Below, piece by piece: positions 49,326-59,486 of a stretch of DNA of 64,000 nucleotides. The notes below the pieces were generated by a model. The model ran no database searches. It saw nothing but the letters and a program-made list of their open reading frames with translations, and was not told the origin of the DNA. The first letter of the stretch is position 1. The number at the start of each line of letters is the position of its first letter. Both the position numbers and the translations under genes were made by a program. The DNA comes from Gammaproteobacteria bacterium UBA6724 (GTDB lineage Bacteria; Pseudomonadota; Gammaproteobacteria; Pseudomonadales; Azotimanducaceae): assembly GCA_002454165.1 (NCBI GenBank), contig DKIG01000040.1, positions 18,048 through 82,047 on the forward strand, read 5' to 3'.

Positions 49326-51515
49326 ATGCCCAACTATCTCTCCGTTGCTATTCCGACACCCCTGCGCAAAACCTTCCAGTATCGGCACCTGGATAACACC
49401 AGCGTCAGCATAGGTAGCCGAGTACGAGTGTCCTTTGCCAACCGTGTGGTAACAGGAATAGTGGTGGGATTTGATGAGTCACCAGCAATTGATCCCGGTC
49501 GGATTAAGCCAGTCACCAAAGTCCTTGATGAATCGCCGCTCCTTCCCCCTGCCATATTTGAACTCTGCATCAAAACTGCGCGCTATTATAAACACCCGAT
49601 AGGAGAAGTATTTTCGACTGCCCTGCCCAAATTGATCCGGCAAGGCAAGGACCCGGCAGAATCCGAGACAAGGCTCTTCCTCACCAGCCCCGGGACAAGA
49701 CTAGACCTGGAATCTCTGCACCGGGCACCAGCCAGGAAGGCACTACTGAGACTCCTCCGCGCCGAAGCCTCCTGTTCAAAACAACAACTCAAAGAGACGG
49801 AAATTACACCCCACACCATCAAAGCGATTATTGATCTAGGCTGGGCAGAATGGCGCGAGTCTGACCCGGTTGAAGGTTACGAATTCTCATCCGTCAATTA
49901 TGAAGGCATCATCCCGTCAACCGGACAGCAAGCAGTGGTTGATCAAATCAGCGGCAACACCGGTACCTGTTTGCTTCACGGTATTACCGGTAGCGGCAAG
50001 ACGGAAGTTTATCTGCGTGTGATTGAACAACATCTGCGCCAGGGTCGTCAGGCGCTTGTCCTGGTACCGGAAATTGGCCTCACGCCGCAAACTGTGCAGC
50101 GCTTCTCAACCCGATTTGATGCACCCATTGCGGTCATGCATTCTGGCCTGACCGATCGGGAACGGGCGCTTGCCTGGCTTGATGCCCGCGGGGGGCGCGC
50201 CGCCATTGTGCTGGGCACCAGGTCAGCCATCTTCACGCCCCTTAAAAAGCCAGGCATCATCGTCGTTGACGAAGAACATGATGTGTCCTTCAAGCAATGG
50301 GAAGGTCTCCGCTATTCAGCAAGGGATCTGGCTGTACTGCGGGGTAAGATAGAAGGCATCCCCGTGATTCTCGGTTCCGCCACGCCGGCCTTTGAAAGTC
50401 TGCATAACGCAAACAAAAACAGATACACCTTGGCACGCCTGTCGGAACGGACCCCCGGCGCAGAGATGGAAACCTATCGCCTTATTGATACCAACCAAAC
50501 TAAATTGCAGGAAGGTTTCAGCAAGCCATTACTCAAAACGATGCGCGACCGGCTATCCGCGGGGGAGCAGGTGCTGGTGTTCATCAATCGTCGCGGCTTT
50601 GCGCCTGTGATTTTCTGTAATCAATGCCAGTGGATTGCCCAATGCCGCCACTGTGACTCACGGCTAACCTACCATCTCAGCCAGCATATCCTGGTCTGCC
50701 ATCACTGCGGACACCAAGAGCGGAAGGTCACAAACTGCCAAGCATGTAAAGCCACCGACTTAGCGCCTCTGGGACTTGGCACACAACGCATAGAGCAGAC
50801 CCTGGGGCAACTCTTCCCGGACATCCCCGTCATCCGAGTTGACCGGGATACCACGAGACGCAAGGGTGCCATGGCAGGTTTTATCGACAGAGTCAGTAGC
50901 GGCAAGGCTGCCATTCTTGTCGGCACACAACTGCTTGCGAAGGGGCACCATTTCCCGGGCATCACTCTGGTGGCTATCCTTGATATTGATGCCGCATTTT
51001 TCAGTTCTGATTTCAAGTCGCTGGAAAAAATGGGACAACTCATTCTGCAGGTGGGTGGTAGGGCGGGGCGCGCAAAAAAAGCCGGCAAGGTAATCATACA
51101 AACTCAATTCGCCGGGCATCCGCTGTTACAAACGTTGATCAATAAAGGCTACACGGAATTTGCCAATGACATATTGGCGGAAAGGAAAAAGATGGGGCTA
51201 CCGCCCTATTATTACCACACACTTATCCGGGCGGAAAGTCGGGACCCCCTGCTTGCCAAAACATTTCTGGAACAGGTCGCTGACACTTCCACAGCGTCAT
51301 CTGCGGCGCCCATTCCCGATATAAATGTGCTAGGACCTGTGCCAGCACTGATGGAAAAGAAAGCAAACAGATTTCGCCAACTCTTACTGCTTGCTTCCCA
51401 GAGCCGAGGGAGGCTTCATAAAGAACTAGCACGGAAAATTGAACGAGCGGAATCCTTGCCGCTCGCAAAAAAAGTAAACTGGGCTGTGGATGTTGACCCG
51501 ATTGATCTGTTTTGA
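49326..51515 (+). CDS. priA: Primosomal protein N' (replication restart helicase)
   Basis: Walker A GITGSGKTEVY, the DEEHD box, and a Cys-rich zinc-binding insert (CNQCQW..CRHCDS..CHHCGH..CQAC). Confidence 0.9.
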   Translation: MPNYLSVAIPTPLRKTFQYRHLDNTSVSIGSRVRVSFANRVVTGIVVGFDESPAIDPGRIKPVTKVLDESPLLPPAIFELCIKTARYYKHPIGEVFSTALPKLIRQGKDPAESETRLFLTSPGTRLDLESLHRAPARKALLRLLRAEASCSKQQLKETEITPHTIKAIIDLGWAEWRESDPVEGYEFSSVNYEGIIPSTGQQAVVDQISGNTGTCLLHGITGSGKTEVYLRVIEQHLRQGRQALVLVPEIGLTPQTVQRFSTRFDAPIAVMHSGLTDRERALAWLDARGGRAAIVLGTRSAIFTPLKKPGIIVVDEEHDVSFKQWEGLRYSARDLAVLRGKIEGIPVILGSATPAFESLHNANKNRYTLARLSERTPGAEMETYRLIDTNQTKLQEGFSKPLLKTMRDRLSAGEQVLVFINRRGFAPVIFCNQCQWIAQCRHCDSRLTYHLSQHILVCHHCGHQERKVTNCQACKATDLAPLGLGTQRIEQTLGQLFPDIPVIRVDRDTTRRKGAMAGFIDRVSSGKAAILVGTQLLAKGHHFPGITLVAILDIDAAFFSSDFKSLEKMGQLILQVGGRAGRAKKAGKVIIQTQFAGHPLLQTLINKGYTEFANDILAERKKMGLPPYYYHTLIRAESRDPLLAKTFLEQVADTSTASSAAPIPDINVLGPVPALMEKKANRFRQLLLLASQSRGRLHKELARKIERAESLPLAKKVNWAVDVDPIDLF

Positions 51516-51616
51516 CCAATGACGGCTCAGGGGGAGGAGTGAAGGTCGTGGGAGACCCCTAAAGATTTCATCCCGGCTTTGGTACAATTCCGAGACCTAA
51601 CCCACTACAGGATTCT

Positions 51617-52171
51617 ATGGCACACGATTTTGCCAAGCACAAAAAGACCCCACCACCATCATCATTGGATAGTAGGAGATGGTTAGGGTTTTGGACCGGA
51701 ACAGCGACCGGTGCTTTCGTCATGTTCCTTGCTATGCTTTGGTACTTTGCCCCGTCGCCAACCCAGGTGCCCGATGTTACTGAGGCACCCGCCGCCCTGC
51801 CTGAGGAGAATCAAGACAAGGACACAACACAGTGGGACTTTTATGACCTGTTCCTCGGCGCAGTTGTCCCGATTGTTGAAGGATACAAGAAGGCAGGTGA
51901 CGCGGACGCCAATTCAAAAACTATTGACGCAGACCATCCCTGGGTGCTCCAGGTTGGTTCCTTCAAAGACCCAAAAGACGCCGACACCTTGAGAGCGGAG
52001 TTGATACTGCTCGGCATGGACGCTACAACAGAACGCATAAAAGTGAACGACGAGAAATGGAACCGGGTGGTAGTGGGTCCTTTTGATTCAACACAGACCA
52101 TCAATCTGGCAAGACGCAAACTCGCTGATGCTCACATCAAGTCCATCTTGAAGCCAGAAAACAGTGAATAA
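51617..52171 (+). CDS. SPOR-domain cell-division protein, FtsN-like
   Basis: It has one N-terminal TM helix, a linker, and a C-terminal SPOR domain (WVLQVGSFKDPKDADTLRAEL...NRVVVGPF). It sits between priA and hslV, where ftsN lies in E. coli. Confidence 0.6.
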   Translation: MAHDFAKHKKTPPPSSLDSRRWLGFWTGTATGAFVMFLAMLWYFAPSPTQVPDVTEAPAALPEENQDKDTTQWDFYDLFLGAVVPIVEGYKKAGDADANSKTIDADHPWVLQVGSFKDPKDADTLRAELILLGMDATTERIKVNDEKWNRVVVGPFDSTQTINLARRKLADAHIKSILKPENSE

Positions 52172-52282
52172 ATCGGCAATTAGGAGCCGATAAACACCTT
52201 GAAAAGCAACCCCCTAGCCCCCATTACCGACTAAGCAATTTTTGCAAATACGCTCACCGCACCGCCTGACCAGGACAATCTA

Positions 52283-52822
52283 TTGGAACAGTTTGAAGGT
52301 ACAACAATTTTATCCGTAAGAGACGGAAACAGCCTGGTCATCGGTGGCGATGGCCAGGTGACGATGGGTGACACGGTAATGAAGATCAATGCACGGAAGG
52401 TGCGGCGACTTTACAAGGAGCTTGTCATCGTCGGCTTCGCAGGTGGCACCGCCGATGGCTTCACCCTGATGGAAAGGTTTGAAGGACAACTTGAAAAACA
52501 CCACGGGAATCTGGAACGAGCGGCAGTTGAACTGGCGAAAGACTGGCGCACCGACCGCGCCCTGAGACGCCTTGAGGCACTCCTGGTTGCCGCCGACAAG
52601 GACAAGTCTCTGCTCATCTCTGGCAATGGTGATGTTGTGGAACCCAACGACGGTATCATCGCCATCGGTTCTGGCGGTCAGTACGCCAAGTCAGCGGCAC
52701 TGGCACTTATCCAGAACACTGAACTCAGTGCCCGGGAAATCGTCAAACGGAGTCTGACGATTGCCGGTAATATCTGCATTTACACCAACCAGGAACACAC
52801 CATAGAGGAAATCACCTTCTAA
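52283..52822 (+). CDS. hslV: ATP-dependent protease subunit HslV
   Basis: [21 protein letters not shown] carries the catalytic Thr. The TTG start gives a 5-residue pro-segment (MEQFEG) of the kind seen in some beta- and gammaproteobacterial HslV. Confidence 0.9.
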   Translation: MEQFEGTTILSVRDGNSLVIGGDGQVTMGDTVMKINARKVRRLYKELVIVGFAGGTADGFTLMERFEGQLEKHHGNLERAAVELAKDWRTDRALRRLEALLVAADKDKSLLISGNGDVVEPNDGIIAIGSGGQYAKSAALALIQNTELSAREIVKRSLTIAGNICIYTNQEHTIEEITF

Positions 52823-52899
52823 CCTTTATTATGATTTGCAGATGACACATTGCATCTTGCCCGACAACGAGATTCGACAAAAAAGACAACAGGAAAAGC

Positions 52900-54234
52900 A
52901 TGTCAAACATGACACCTCGCGAAATAGTTCACGATCTGGACAAACATATCATTGGTCAGGACAAAGCTAAGCGAGCGGTCGCTATTGCTCTCAGGAACAG
53001 ATGGCGGCGGCTACAGCTTGACGAACATCTTCGGGACGAAATATCTCCCAAGAATATTCTCATGATCGGACCCACTGGTGTGGGCAAAACCGAAATCGCA
53101 AGACGGCTTGCCAAGCTTGCCGATGCCCCCTTCATCAAAGTGGAAGCAACCAAGTTTACTGAAATTGGTTATGTAGGCAGAGATGTTGAATCCATCATCC
53201 GGGATCTGATTGACGCGGCGGTCAAGATGATAAGAGACCGACAGCTACAGGCGGCAGAGCCAAGAGCTATTGACGCGGCCGAGGAGCGCGTTCTTGATGC
53301 GCTGTTGCCAGCCGCGCGCGATACAGATACCGAAAAACATTCATCGACTCGTCAACTTTTCAGAAAAAAACTGCGCGAGGGTGAACTTGATGACAAGGAA
53401 ATTGAAGTTGAGGTTGAAGTAGCCAACCTCGGGGTGGAGATCATGGCACCGCCCGGCATGGAGGAAATGACAAACCAGTTGCAGAATATGTTTTCCTCAC
53501 TGTCATCCAACACTTCCAGCACCAAAAAACTCAAGGTAAAAGATGCGCTACGACGACTGACTGACGAAGAGGCTGCCAACCTCATCAATGAAGATGATCT
53601 CAGGTCCAGTGCCCTGGAAGCCGTTGAACAAACCGGTATTGTGTTTATCGACGAAATGGACAAGATCGCAAAACAGGGTGCTCATGGTGGTGCAGATATA
53701 TCAAGAGAAGGCGTCCAGAGGGATCTCTTGCCGCTGATTGAGGGTAGCAATGTCTCCACCAGATACGGCACGATCAAGACCGATCATATTTTGTTCATTG
53801 CCGCCGGTGCTTTTCACCTGTCCAAACCCTCCGATCTCATACCGGAACTGCAAGGCAGGTTACCTATCAGGGTTGAACTGAATGCCCTCAGCACTGACGA
53901 TTTTGAGCGCATCCTGACCGAGCCGGACGCCTCGCTGACCGAGCAGTATCAGGCTTTGATGGCAACCGAGGGGCTGGAGCTCAAATTTGCGTCGGAAGCA
54001 TTGCAACGTATTGCAGAAATTGCCTGGCAGGTCAACGAGCAAACCGAAAACATAGGGGCAAGACGTTTGCATACCGTGCTGGAAAGATTACTTGAAGACT
54101 TGTCATTCAACGCCACCGAACTTGCAATCCCCAACGACGACGGAATAAAAACCGTGACCATTGATCAAAAGTATGTCAATGATCACCTTGAAGACCTCGC
54201 CGCCGACTCGGATTTGTCTCGCTACATCTTGTAA
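52900..54234 (+). CDS. hslU: ATP-dependent protease ATPase subunit HslU
   Basis: TPREIV..LD..IIGQ, Walker [16 protein letters not shown] and Walker B FIDEMDKI. Confidence 0.95.
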   Translation: MSNMTPREIVHDLDKHIIGQDKAKRAVAIALRNRWRRLQLDEHLRDEISPKNILMIGPTGVGKTEIARRLAKLADAPFIKVEATKFTEIGYVGRDVESIIRDLIDAAVKMIRDRQLQAAEPRAIDAAEERVLDALLPAARDTDTEKHSSTRQLFRKKLREGELDDKEIEVEVEVANLGVEIMAPPGMEEMTNQLQNMFSSLSSNTSSTKKLKVKDALRRLTDEEAANLINEDDLRSSALEAVEQTGIVFIDEMDKIAKQGAHGGADISREGVQRDLLPLIEGSNVSTRYGTIKTDHILFIAAGAFHLSKPSDLIPELQGRLPIRVELNALSTDDFERILTEPDASLTEQYQALMATEGLELKFASEALQRIAEIAWQVNEQTENIGARRLHTVLERLLEDLSFNATELAIPNDDGIKTVTIDQKYVNDHLEDLAADSDLSRYIL

Positions 54235-54250
54235 TAAGAAAAGTTGTACC

Positions 54251-54628
54251 ATGACTACGAACACGCCTGCCGTCGTCAACATTCATCGCAAATCCGCCAC
54301 CCTTGAACTAGGTTATCAGGACGGCACGAGTTACAGGCTCAGCGCAGAATATCTCCGGGTCTTCTCGCCTTCCGCCGAAGTACAGGGACATGGGCCGGGG
54401 CAATCAGTGCTGCAACACGGCAAGGCGGAGGTGCAGTTTCAGGATATAGAACCCCAGGGGCACTACGCCATTAAAATTACCTTTTCCGATGGCCATGACT
54501 CAGGTATCTACTCCTGGGACTATCTCAGACACCTGGGGGAGGACTATGAACAAAATTGGCAGACCTATCTGGAGCAATTAAAAGACGCTGGCAAGCATCG
54601 ACAGTCTCAATTTATTGCTCTCAGTTAG
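54251..54628 (+). CDS. DUF971 (gamma-butyrobetaine hydroxylase-like N-terminal domain) protein
   Basis: The motifs EYLRVFSPSAE, GHYAIKITFSDGHDSGIYSWDYLRHLG are characteristic. ATG 54251 is chosen because the ORF extension to 54161 overlaps hslU. Confidence 0.7.
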   Translation: MTTNTPAVVNIHRKSATLELGYQDGTSYRLSAEYLRVFSPSAEVQGHGPGQSVLQHGKAEVQFQDIEPQGHYAIKITFSDGHDSGIYSWDYLRHLGEDYEQNWQTYLEQLKDAGKHRQSQFIALS

Positions 54629-54748
54629 TTGCTCTCGGTTAACTGCCTTCAGTGCTCCTATTAGCATTAAAACTGACCCGACAGAAGCGACAAAAAGGCG
54701 GTAAAATGCCACCAGCAAGTTAATTTTTGGTGGCTCAGACACAGGACG

Positions 54749-55531
54749 ATGACTTCTGAAAATAAAAACACCGATACTTCAGACGACGAAGAGCAAACAC
54801 ACTTCGGTTTCCTGAATATCCCCAGGGGAGAGAAGGCGGGACGCGTTGCCAGTGTGTTTCATTCCGTGGCGGAACGCTATGACTTGATGAATGATCTGAT
54901 GTCCCTCGGCACCCACAGGGTGATGAAACAGATGACCATTGAGCTCACCCGTGCCAGACGCGGGCACTACATCCTGGATTTGGCGGGAGGCACCGGCGAC
55001 CTTGTAGCAGGGCTGTCACCACTGGTTGGCAAGGAGGGGCAGGTCTGTCTGTGCGACATCAACGGTAGCATGCTCCACAAAGGCAGGGACAATCTGCTCA
55101 ATCGCGGCTTCCTTGACAATGTGAGTTATGTGCAGGGCGACGGGGAGCAGCTGCCCTTCCCTGCCAAAACATTTAACGCCATCACCATAGCATTCGGCAT
55201 CAGGAACATGACCGACATGGAAAGCGCCCTCTCGGCAATGCTTGAATGTCTGCAACCGGGTGGCAGACTTGTGATGCTTGAATTCTCCAAGCCAGAAAAT
55301 CCAATTGTTCAGCGATTATTTGATGGTTTCAGTCGTTTCTGGCCAAAGGCAGGCAAGGCTATAACTGGCGACGGTGAAAGCTACCAGTACCTCGTTGAGT
55401 CCATCAAGATGCATCCCGACCAGCGAGCGTTGGCAGACATGATGCAAGGCGCAGGCTTCACGAGAGTCAAATACCACAATCTGATTAACGGTGTTGCCGC
55501 GATCCATGAAGGTATGCGGAGTCGGACATGA
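54749..55531 (+). CDS. ubiE: Ubiquinone/menaquinone C-methyltransferase
   Basis: The conserved block VA.RYDLMNDLMSLG.HR and the SAM motif LDLAGGTGD. Confidence 0.9.
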   Translation: MTSENKNTDTSDDEEQTHFGFLNIPRGEKAGRVASVFHSVAERYDLMNDLMSLGTHRVMKQMTIELTRARRGHYILDLAGGTGDLVAGLSPLVGKEGQVCLCDINGSMLHKGRDNLLNRGFLDNVSYVQGDGEQLPFPAKTFNAITIAFGIRNMTDMESALSAMLECLQPGGRLVMLEFSKPENPIVQRLFDGFSRFWPKAGKAITGDGESYQYLVESIKMHPDQRALADMMQGAGFTRVKYHNLINGVAAIHEGMRSRT

Positions 55532-57174
55532 CAGTGCTTCGCATCCTGAGAATTATTCATGTGCTTGCCAAGCATCGGCTGGACCGCAATCTGCCAGATC
55601 GATCCCAGTCACCGCTGCTGAGCATTTTGCTGTGGTTGATTAAATGGTTCCCCATGCCCCGGGTCACGAATACCGCCGCTGTGTCCGTGCGTCTGGCATT
55701 GGAAGAACTTGGTCCCGTGTTTGTCAAGTTTGGGCAAATACTGTCCACCCGCCGGGACCTGTTTAGCCAAGAGTTATCCGACGAACTTCAGAAACTACAA
55801 GCTCAGGTGCCGCCTTTCGATTCTGCCGAGGCAATCAAGGTCGTTGAAACATCTCTTGATGCCCCCCTTGGGGAAATCTTTTCTTCATTTGATGAAGTAC
55901 CACTAGCAGCGGCTTCTGTCGCTCAGGTGCATACAGCACACCTGATAGCAACCGGGGATGAGGTGGTGGTAAAAATTATTCGACCCGGTGTCGATCGGGC
56001 GATTCACCTGGATGTAAAAGTTATGTACTTCTTTGCCAGATGGCTGGAGAGGCTCTCCCAGGAAGCAAGGCGGCTACATCTGGTGACTGTGGTCAGTGAC
56101 TATGAAGCGACTATCCTCGGAGAACTTAACCTTCTGCTGGAAGCAGCCAACACCATCCAACTTGGTGACAATTGGCGACATTCTGGAAAACTCTATGTGC
56201 CCCGGGTTTATCAGGAATACAGCAGCAAAGATGTCATGGTCATGGAGAGAATCTATGGCGTCACCGCCACGGATATGAAGACTCTAAACGCTCGCCAGAC
56301 CAACATGAAAAAATTGGCGCACCTGGGCGTTGAAATATTCTTTTCTCAAGTATTTGAAGACAATTTCTTTCATGCGGACATGCATCCGGGGAATGTGTTC
56401 GTCGATACATCTGACCCGGAAAATCCAACCTACATTGCGCTCGACTGCGCCATCATCGGCTCCCTGACCGAAAACGACAAAAACTACCTTGCCCGAAATC
56501 TGATTGCGTTTTTTCAGCAGGACTATGATGAAGTTGCCAGACTGCACCTGATGAGCGGCTGGGTGCCAGAGGACACAGATGTAAAGGAATTCGCTGCTGT
56601 CATCCGCAATGTATGCGAGCCGGTATTTCAGAAGCCCATCAAGGAAATATCCTTCGGTAATGTCCTGCTGAGCCTCTTCCAGGCTGCCCGACAGTTTGAG
56701 ATGGAAGTACAGCCACAATTGATACTGTTGCAAAAAACGCTAATTAACATAGAAGGCATGGGACGACAGATGTATCCTGATCTGGACCTTTGGGAAACTG
56801 CCGCACCCTTTATGGAACATTGGATGAACCAACGCATCGGGATTCAGGGGTTTATCAGGAAAATCAATGAACACGCACCCAAATGGCTGGACTGGCTGCC
56901 CGAACTGCCTGATATTGCATACAACACCCTGATGGAAATTAAGCAACTGAGTGAACAAAACCGTGCCCAGGCAGTCACTCTCACCCGGGTCAGAGAAGCA
57001 TTAGAAATTCAGGCACGGCATCGAAAGTTCCAACGCTTAGGTGGCATTGCACTGATCGCCGCCATCATCTCCATCTTCATCCCCTTGACAGGTTATGCTG
57101 CTCAGATAAATCTGCTGATACCCGGCTCCCTGCTGGGTACCCTGGGTATCTACTGGATGTATATTCATTCCTGA
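55528..57174 (+). CDS. ubiB: Ubiquinone biosynthesis regulatory kinase-like protein UbiB
   Basis: ABC1/ADCK motifs LGPVFVKFGQILSTRRD, AAASVAQVH and HADMHPGN, plus C-terminal TM helices. The start overlaps the ubiE stop (ATGA). Confidence 0.9.
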   Translation: MTVLRILRIIHVLAKHRLDRNLPDRSQSPLLSILLWLIKWFPMPRVTNTAAVSVRLALEELGPVFVKFGQILSTRRDLFSQELSDELQKLQAQVPPFDSAEAIKVVETSLDAPLGEIFSSFDEVPLAAASVAQVHTAHLIATGDEVVVKIIRPGVDRAIHLDVKVMYFFARWLERLSQEARRLHLVTVVSDYEATILGELNLLLEAANTIQLGDNWRHSGKLYVPRVYQEYSSKDVMVMERIYGVTATDMKTLNARQTNMKKLAHLGVEIFFSQVFEDNFFHADMHPGNVFVDTSDPENPTYIALDCAIIGSLTENDKNYLARNLIAFFQQDYDEVARLHLMSGWVPEDTDVKEFAAVIRNVCEPVFQKPIKEISFGNVLLSLFQAARQFEMEVQPQLILLQKTLINIEGMGRQMYPDLDLWETAAPFMEHWMNQRIGIQGFIRKINEHAPKWLDWLPELPDIAYNTLMEIKQLSEQNRAQAVTLTRVREALEIQARHRKFQRLGGIALIAAIISIFIPLTGYAAQINLLIPGSLLGTLGIYWMYIHS

Positions 57175-57175
57175 G

Positions 57176-57577
57176 ATGGATATTCATTCAGCAGACTGGA
57201 TTGACGAAGTTGCCTTCTCGGGTGACGGACTGATTCCTGCCATCGCCCAGGATCACAAAAGCAAACGGGTCTTAATGGTTGCCTGGATGAACAGAGAAGC
57301 GTTACTTGAGTCCGTGAATACGGGTTATGCGGTTTACTGGTCCCGTTCTCGACAGTCGCTCTGGAAGAAGGGAGAAGTTTCAGGATACACCCAGCGGATC
57401 CATGAGATCCAACTTGATTGTGATTCGGATCTGCTAATATTAAACGTTGAACAGACAGGCAATATCGCTTGCCATACGGGAAGAAATTCCTGCTTTTTCA
57501 GGAAGTTGACTCCCGACGGCTGGCAGGAATTTGAGCCAGTTTTACAAGATCCGCGGGAGCTCTACAAGAATGGATAA
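57176..57577 (+). CDS. hisI: Phosphoribosyl-AMP cyclohydrolase
   Basis: GLIPAIAQD.....LM.AWMN.EAL, YWSRSRQ.LW.KGE.SG and C.TG..SCF. Confidence 0.9.
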   Translation: MDIHSADWIDEVAFSGDGLIPAIAQDHKSKRVLMVAWMNREALLESVNTGYAVYWSRSRQSLWKKGEVSGYTQRIHEIQLDCDSDLLILNVEQTGNIACHTGRNSCFFRKLTPDGWQEFEPVLQDPRELYKNG

Positions 57578-57923
57578 CATCATCACCAAATTGGCAAGAT
57601 TGCTCGAAGAAAAACGCCACGCCGACCCGAATGAATCCTATGTGGCACAGTTACATCAACAGGGGCTTGACAAGATTTTGGATAAGATCAGCGAGGAAGC
57701 GAATGAAACGATACTCGCTGCCAGAGAGGCAAGCATCACCGGGAACCCTAATGAACTGGTCAAAGAAACCGCCGACCTCTGGTTCCACAGCATGGTAATG
57801 TTGCAGCATATTGGTACAAGCCCCGATAATGTACTGACGGAACTAGGGCGCAGGTTCGGCACCTCAGGGCTGGTCGAGAAGGCTTCAAGAATCTCTTCAG
57901 AAGACCCTCTAAGAGAGAAGTAG
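57570..57923 (+). CDS. hisE: Phosphoribosyl-ATP pyrophosphatase
   Basis: SY...L...G.DKI..K..EEA.E and E.ADL.FH..V.L. ATG 57570 overlaps the end of hisI by 8 nt. Confidence 0.85.
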   Translation: MDNIITKLARLLEEKRHADPNESYVAQLHQQGLDKILDKISEEANETILAAREASITGNPNELVKETADLWFHSMVMLQHIGTSPDNVLTELGRRFGTSGLVEKASRISSEDPLREK

Positions 57924-57965
57924 CAGTAAACAAATAAACTCAACAAAAGACACGGGAGGCGCATC

Positions 57966-58217
57966 ATGTCCTTTGGATTCAAAGAGCTGGCTATTGTTCT
58001 TATTATTGTCCTGCTGGTGTTTGGTTCAAAAAAACTCAAATCACTGGGGCGGGACCTAGGATCTGCCATCAAGGGTTTCAAGTCTGCTATCAAGAGTGAC
58101 GATGCCGAGGAGACTACTTCTAACGCTCCTTCTGACATGAGCTCGGACACCGAGGTGGATGTGACGCCGACAGATAAATCAAAGACAGGCGACAAAACGA
58201 TGCCGCCACAAGGCTGA
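57966..58217 (+). CDS. tatA: Twin-arginine translocase subunit TatA
   Basis: [37 protein letters not shown]. Confidence 0.9.
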   Translation: MSFGFKELAIVLIIVLLVFGSKKLKSLGRDLGSAIKGFKSAIKSDDAEETTSNAPSDMSSDTEVDVTPTDKSKTGDKTMPPQG

Positions 58218-58226
58218 TATCCCGGC

Positions 58227-58628
58227 ATGTTTGACATTGGTTTCCCAGAACTTGTGTTGATCACCATTGTTGCACTATTGGTCATTGGTCCAGAAAAACT
58301 GCCCCATGCCATCCGAACCATGTCCCTGTGGATTGGCCGGTTGCAACGTAGCTTCGCCAAGTTACGCAGTGAATTTGAAAATGAAATAGGCAGTGACGAG
58401 ATCCGACAGCAATTACACAACGAATCAATCATCAAGGAACTCAAAGACACGCAACAGATCATTCAGGACACACAAAGAAATATAAAGCAGGTTTTCCAGG
58501 GTGCCGTGGAAGACACCGAGAGACCACCTTCTTCTGCACGATCTTCTACACCAGCAACTACACCAGCAACTGCGCCAACAAGACCCTCCCAGACAAAGAC
58601 TCCCGACAACAGTAACCACCCGAAATGA
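58227..58628 (+). CDS. tatB: Twin-arginine translocase subunit TatB
   Basis: MFDIGFPELVLITIVALLVIGPEKLP followed by an amphipathic helix and a Pro/Thr-rich tail. Confidence 0.85.
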   Translation: MFDIGFPELVLITIVALLVIGPEKLPHAIRTMSLWIGRLQRSFAKLRSEFENEIGSDEIRQQLHNESIIKELKDTQQIIQDTQRNIKQVFQGAVEDTERPPSSARSSTPATTPATAPTRPSQTKTPDNSNHPK

Positions 58629-59398
58629 GCGAATCCGCCGACCCAGGTCAGGACCAGGGACAACCCCTGATTGAGCATCTTGTAGAGTTACGATCCCGGA
58701 TACTCAAGAGCCTGCTTTCCGTCATCATTCTGTTCCTGCCCCTGTTTTATTTTGCCAACGACATCTACTTCTACATTTCCAAGCCCTTGCGTGCCTTCAT
58801 GCCTGAAGGGACCACGATGATAGCAACGGAAGTCGCCTCCCCCTTCCTCACGCCATTCAAACTTTCCGTCGTGCTGGCACTCTTCCTGGCAGTGCCATAC
58901 ATCCTGCATCAACTATGGAGTTTCATCGCACCGGGTCTTTATTCCAATGAGAAACGAATCGCCATGCCGCTACTACTGTCGAGCATCCTTTTGTTCTATA
59001 CCGGCATTGCATTTGCTTTTTATCTTGTCTTCCCGCTGGTATTCGGCTTTTTCACCAGTGTCGCACCAGAGGGTGTGACGGTGATGACCGACATCAATCG
59101 GTATCTAGACTTCGTCCTCAAACTCTTCTTCGCCTTCGGGCTGGCATTTGAGATACCTATTGCCACCCTACTGCTCATCTGGACAGGTGCCACCAGCCGT
59201 GCCGCCCTGAGCCAGAAACGACCTTACATTATCGTCGGTTGCTTCGTGATGGGGATGCTACTAACACCACCGGATATCATTTCACAAATCCTGCTGGCGA
59301 TGCCCATGTGGATATTGTTTGAAATCGGTATCCTGCTCGCCAGAATTTTCAAACTCGGTGAACCGACAGCAGACACTGAGATGGCTGATGGAGACTAG
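58625..59398 (+). CDS. tatC: Twin-arginine translocase subunit TatC
   Basis: Six-TM protein with the LIEHL.ELR.R N-terminus and the LTPPD motif. The start overlaps the tatB stop. Confidence 0.9.
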   Translation: MSESADPGQDQGQPLIEHLVELRSRILKSLLSVIILFLPLFYFANDIYFYISKPLRAFMPEGTTMIATEVASPFLTPFKLSVVLALFLAVPYILHQLWSFIAPGLYSNEKRIAMPLLLSSILLFYTGIAFAFYLVFPLVFGFFTSVAPEGVTVMTDINRYLDFVLKLFFAFGLAFEIPIATLLLIWTGATSRAALSQKRPYIIVGCFVMGMLLTPPDIISQILLAMPMWILFEIGILLARIFKLGEPTADTEMADGD

Positions 59399-59486
59399 CT
59401 CAGGGCATCGCTGAACCATTGACGAGACCCGGGTCCAGTGACCCAGCCGACTGGCGTCAAAGGATCAATCAGAACAGGAGATATTC

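Noticed and set aside
57656-58462. 268-aa minus-strand ORF spanning hisE, tatA and tatB
   Set aside because: It is Ser/Leu-rich and low-complexity, and it crosses two intergenic gaps. It lies antisense to three genes with unambiguous conserved motifs, so it is a long shadow ORF.
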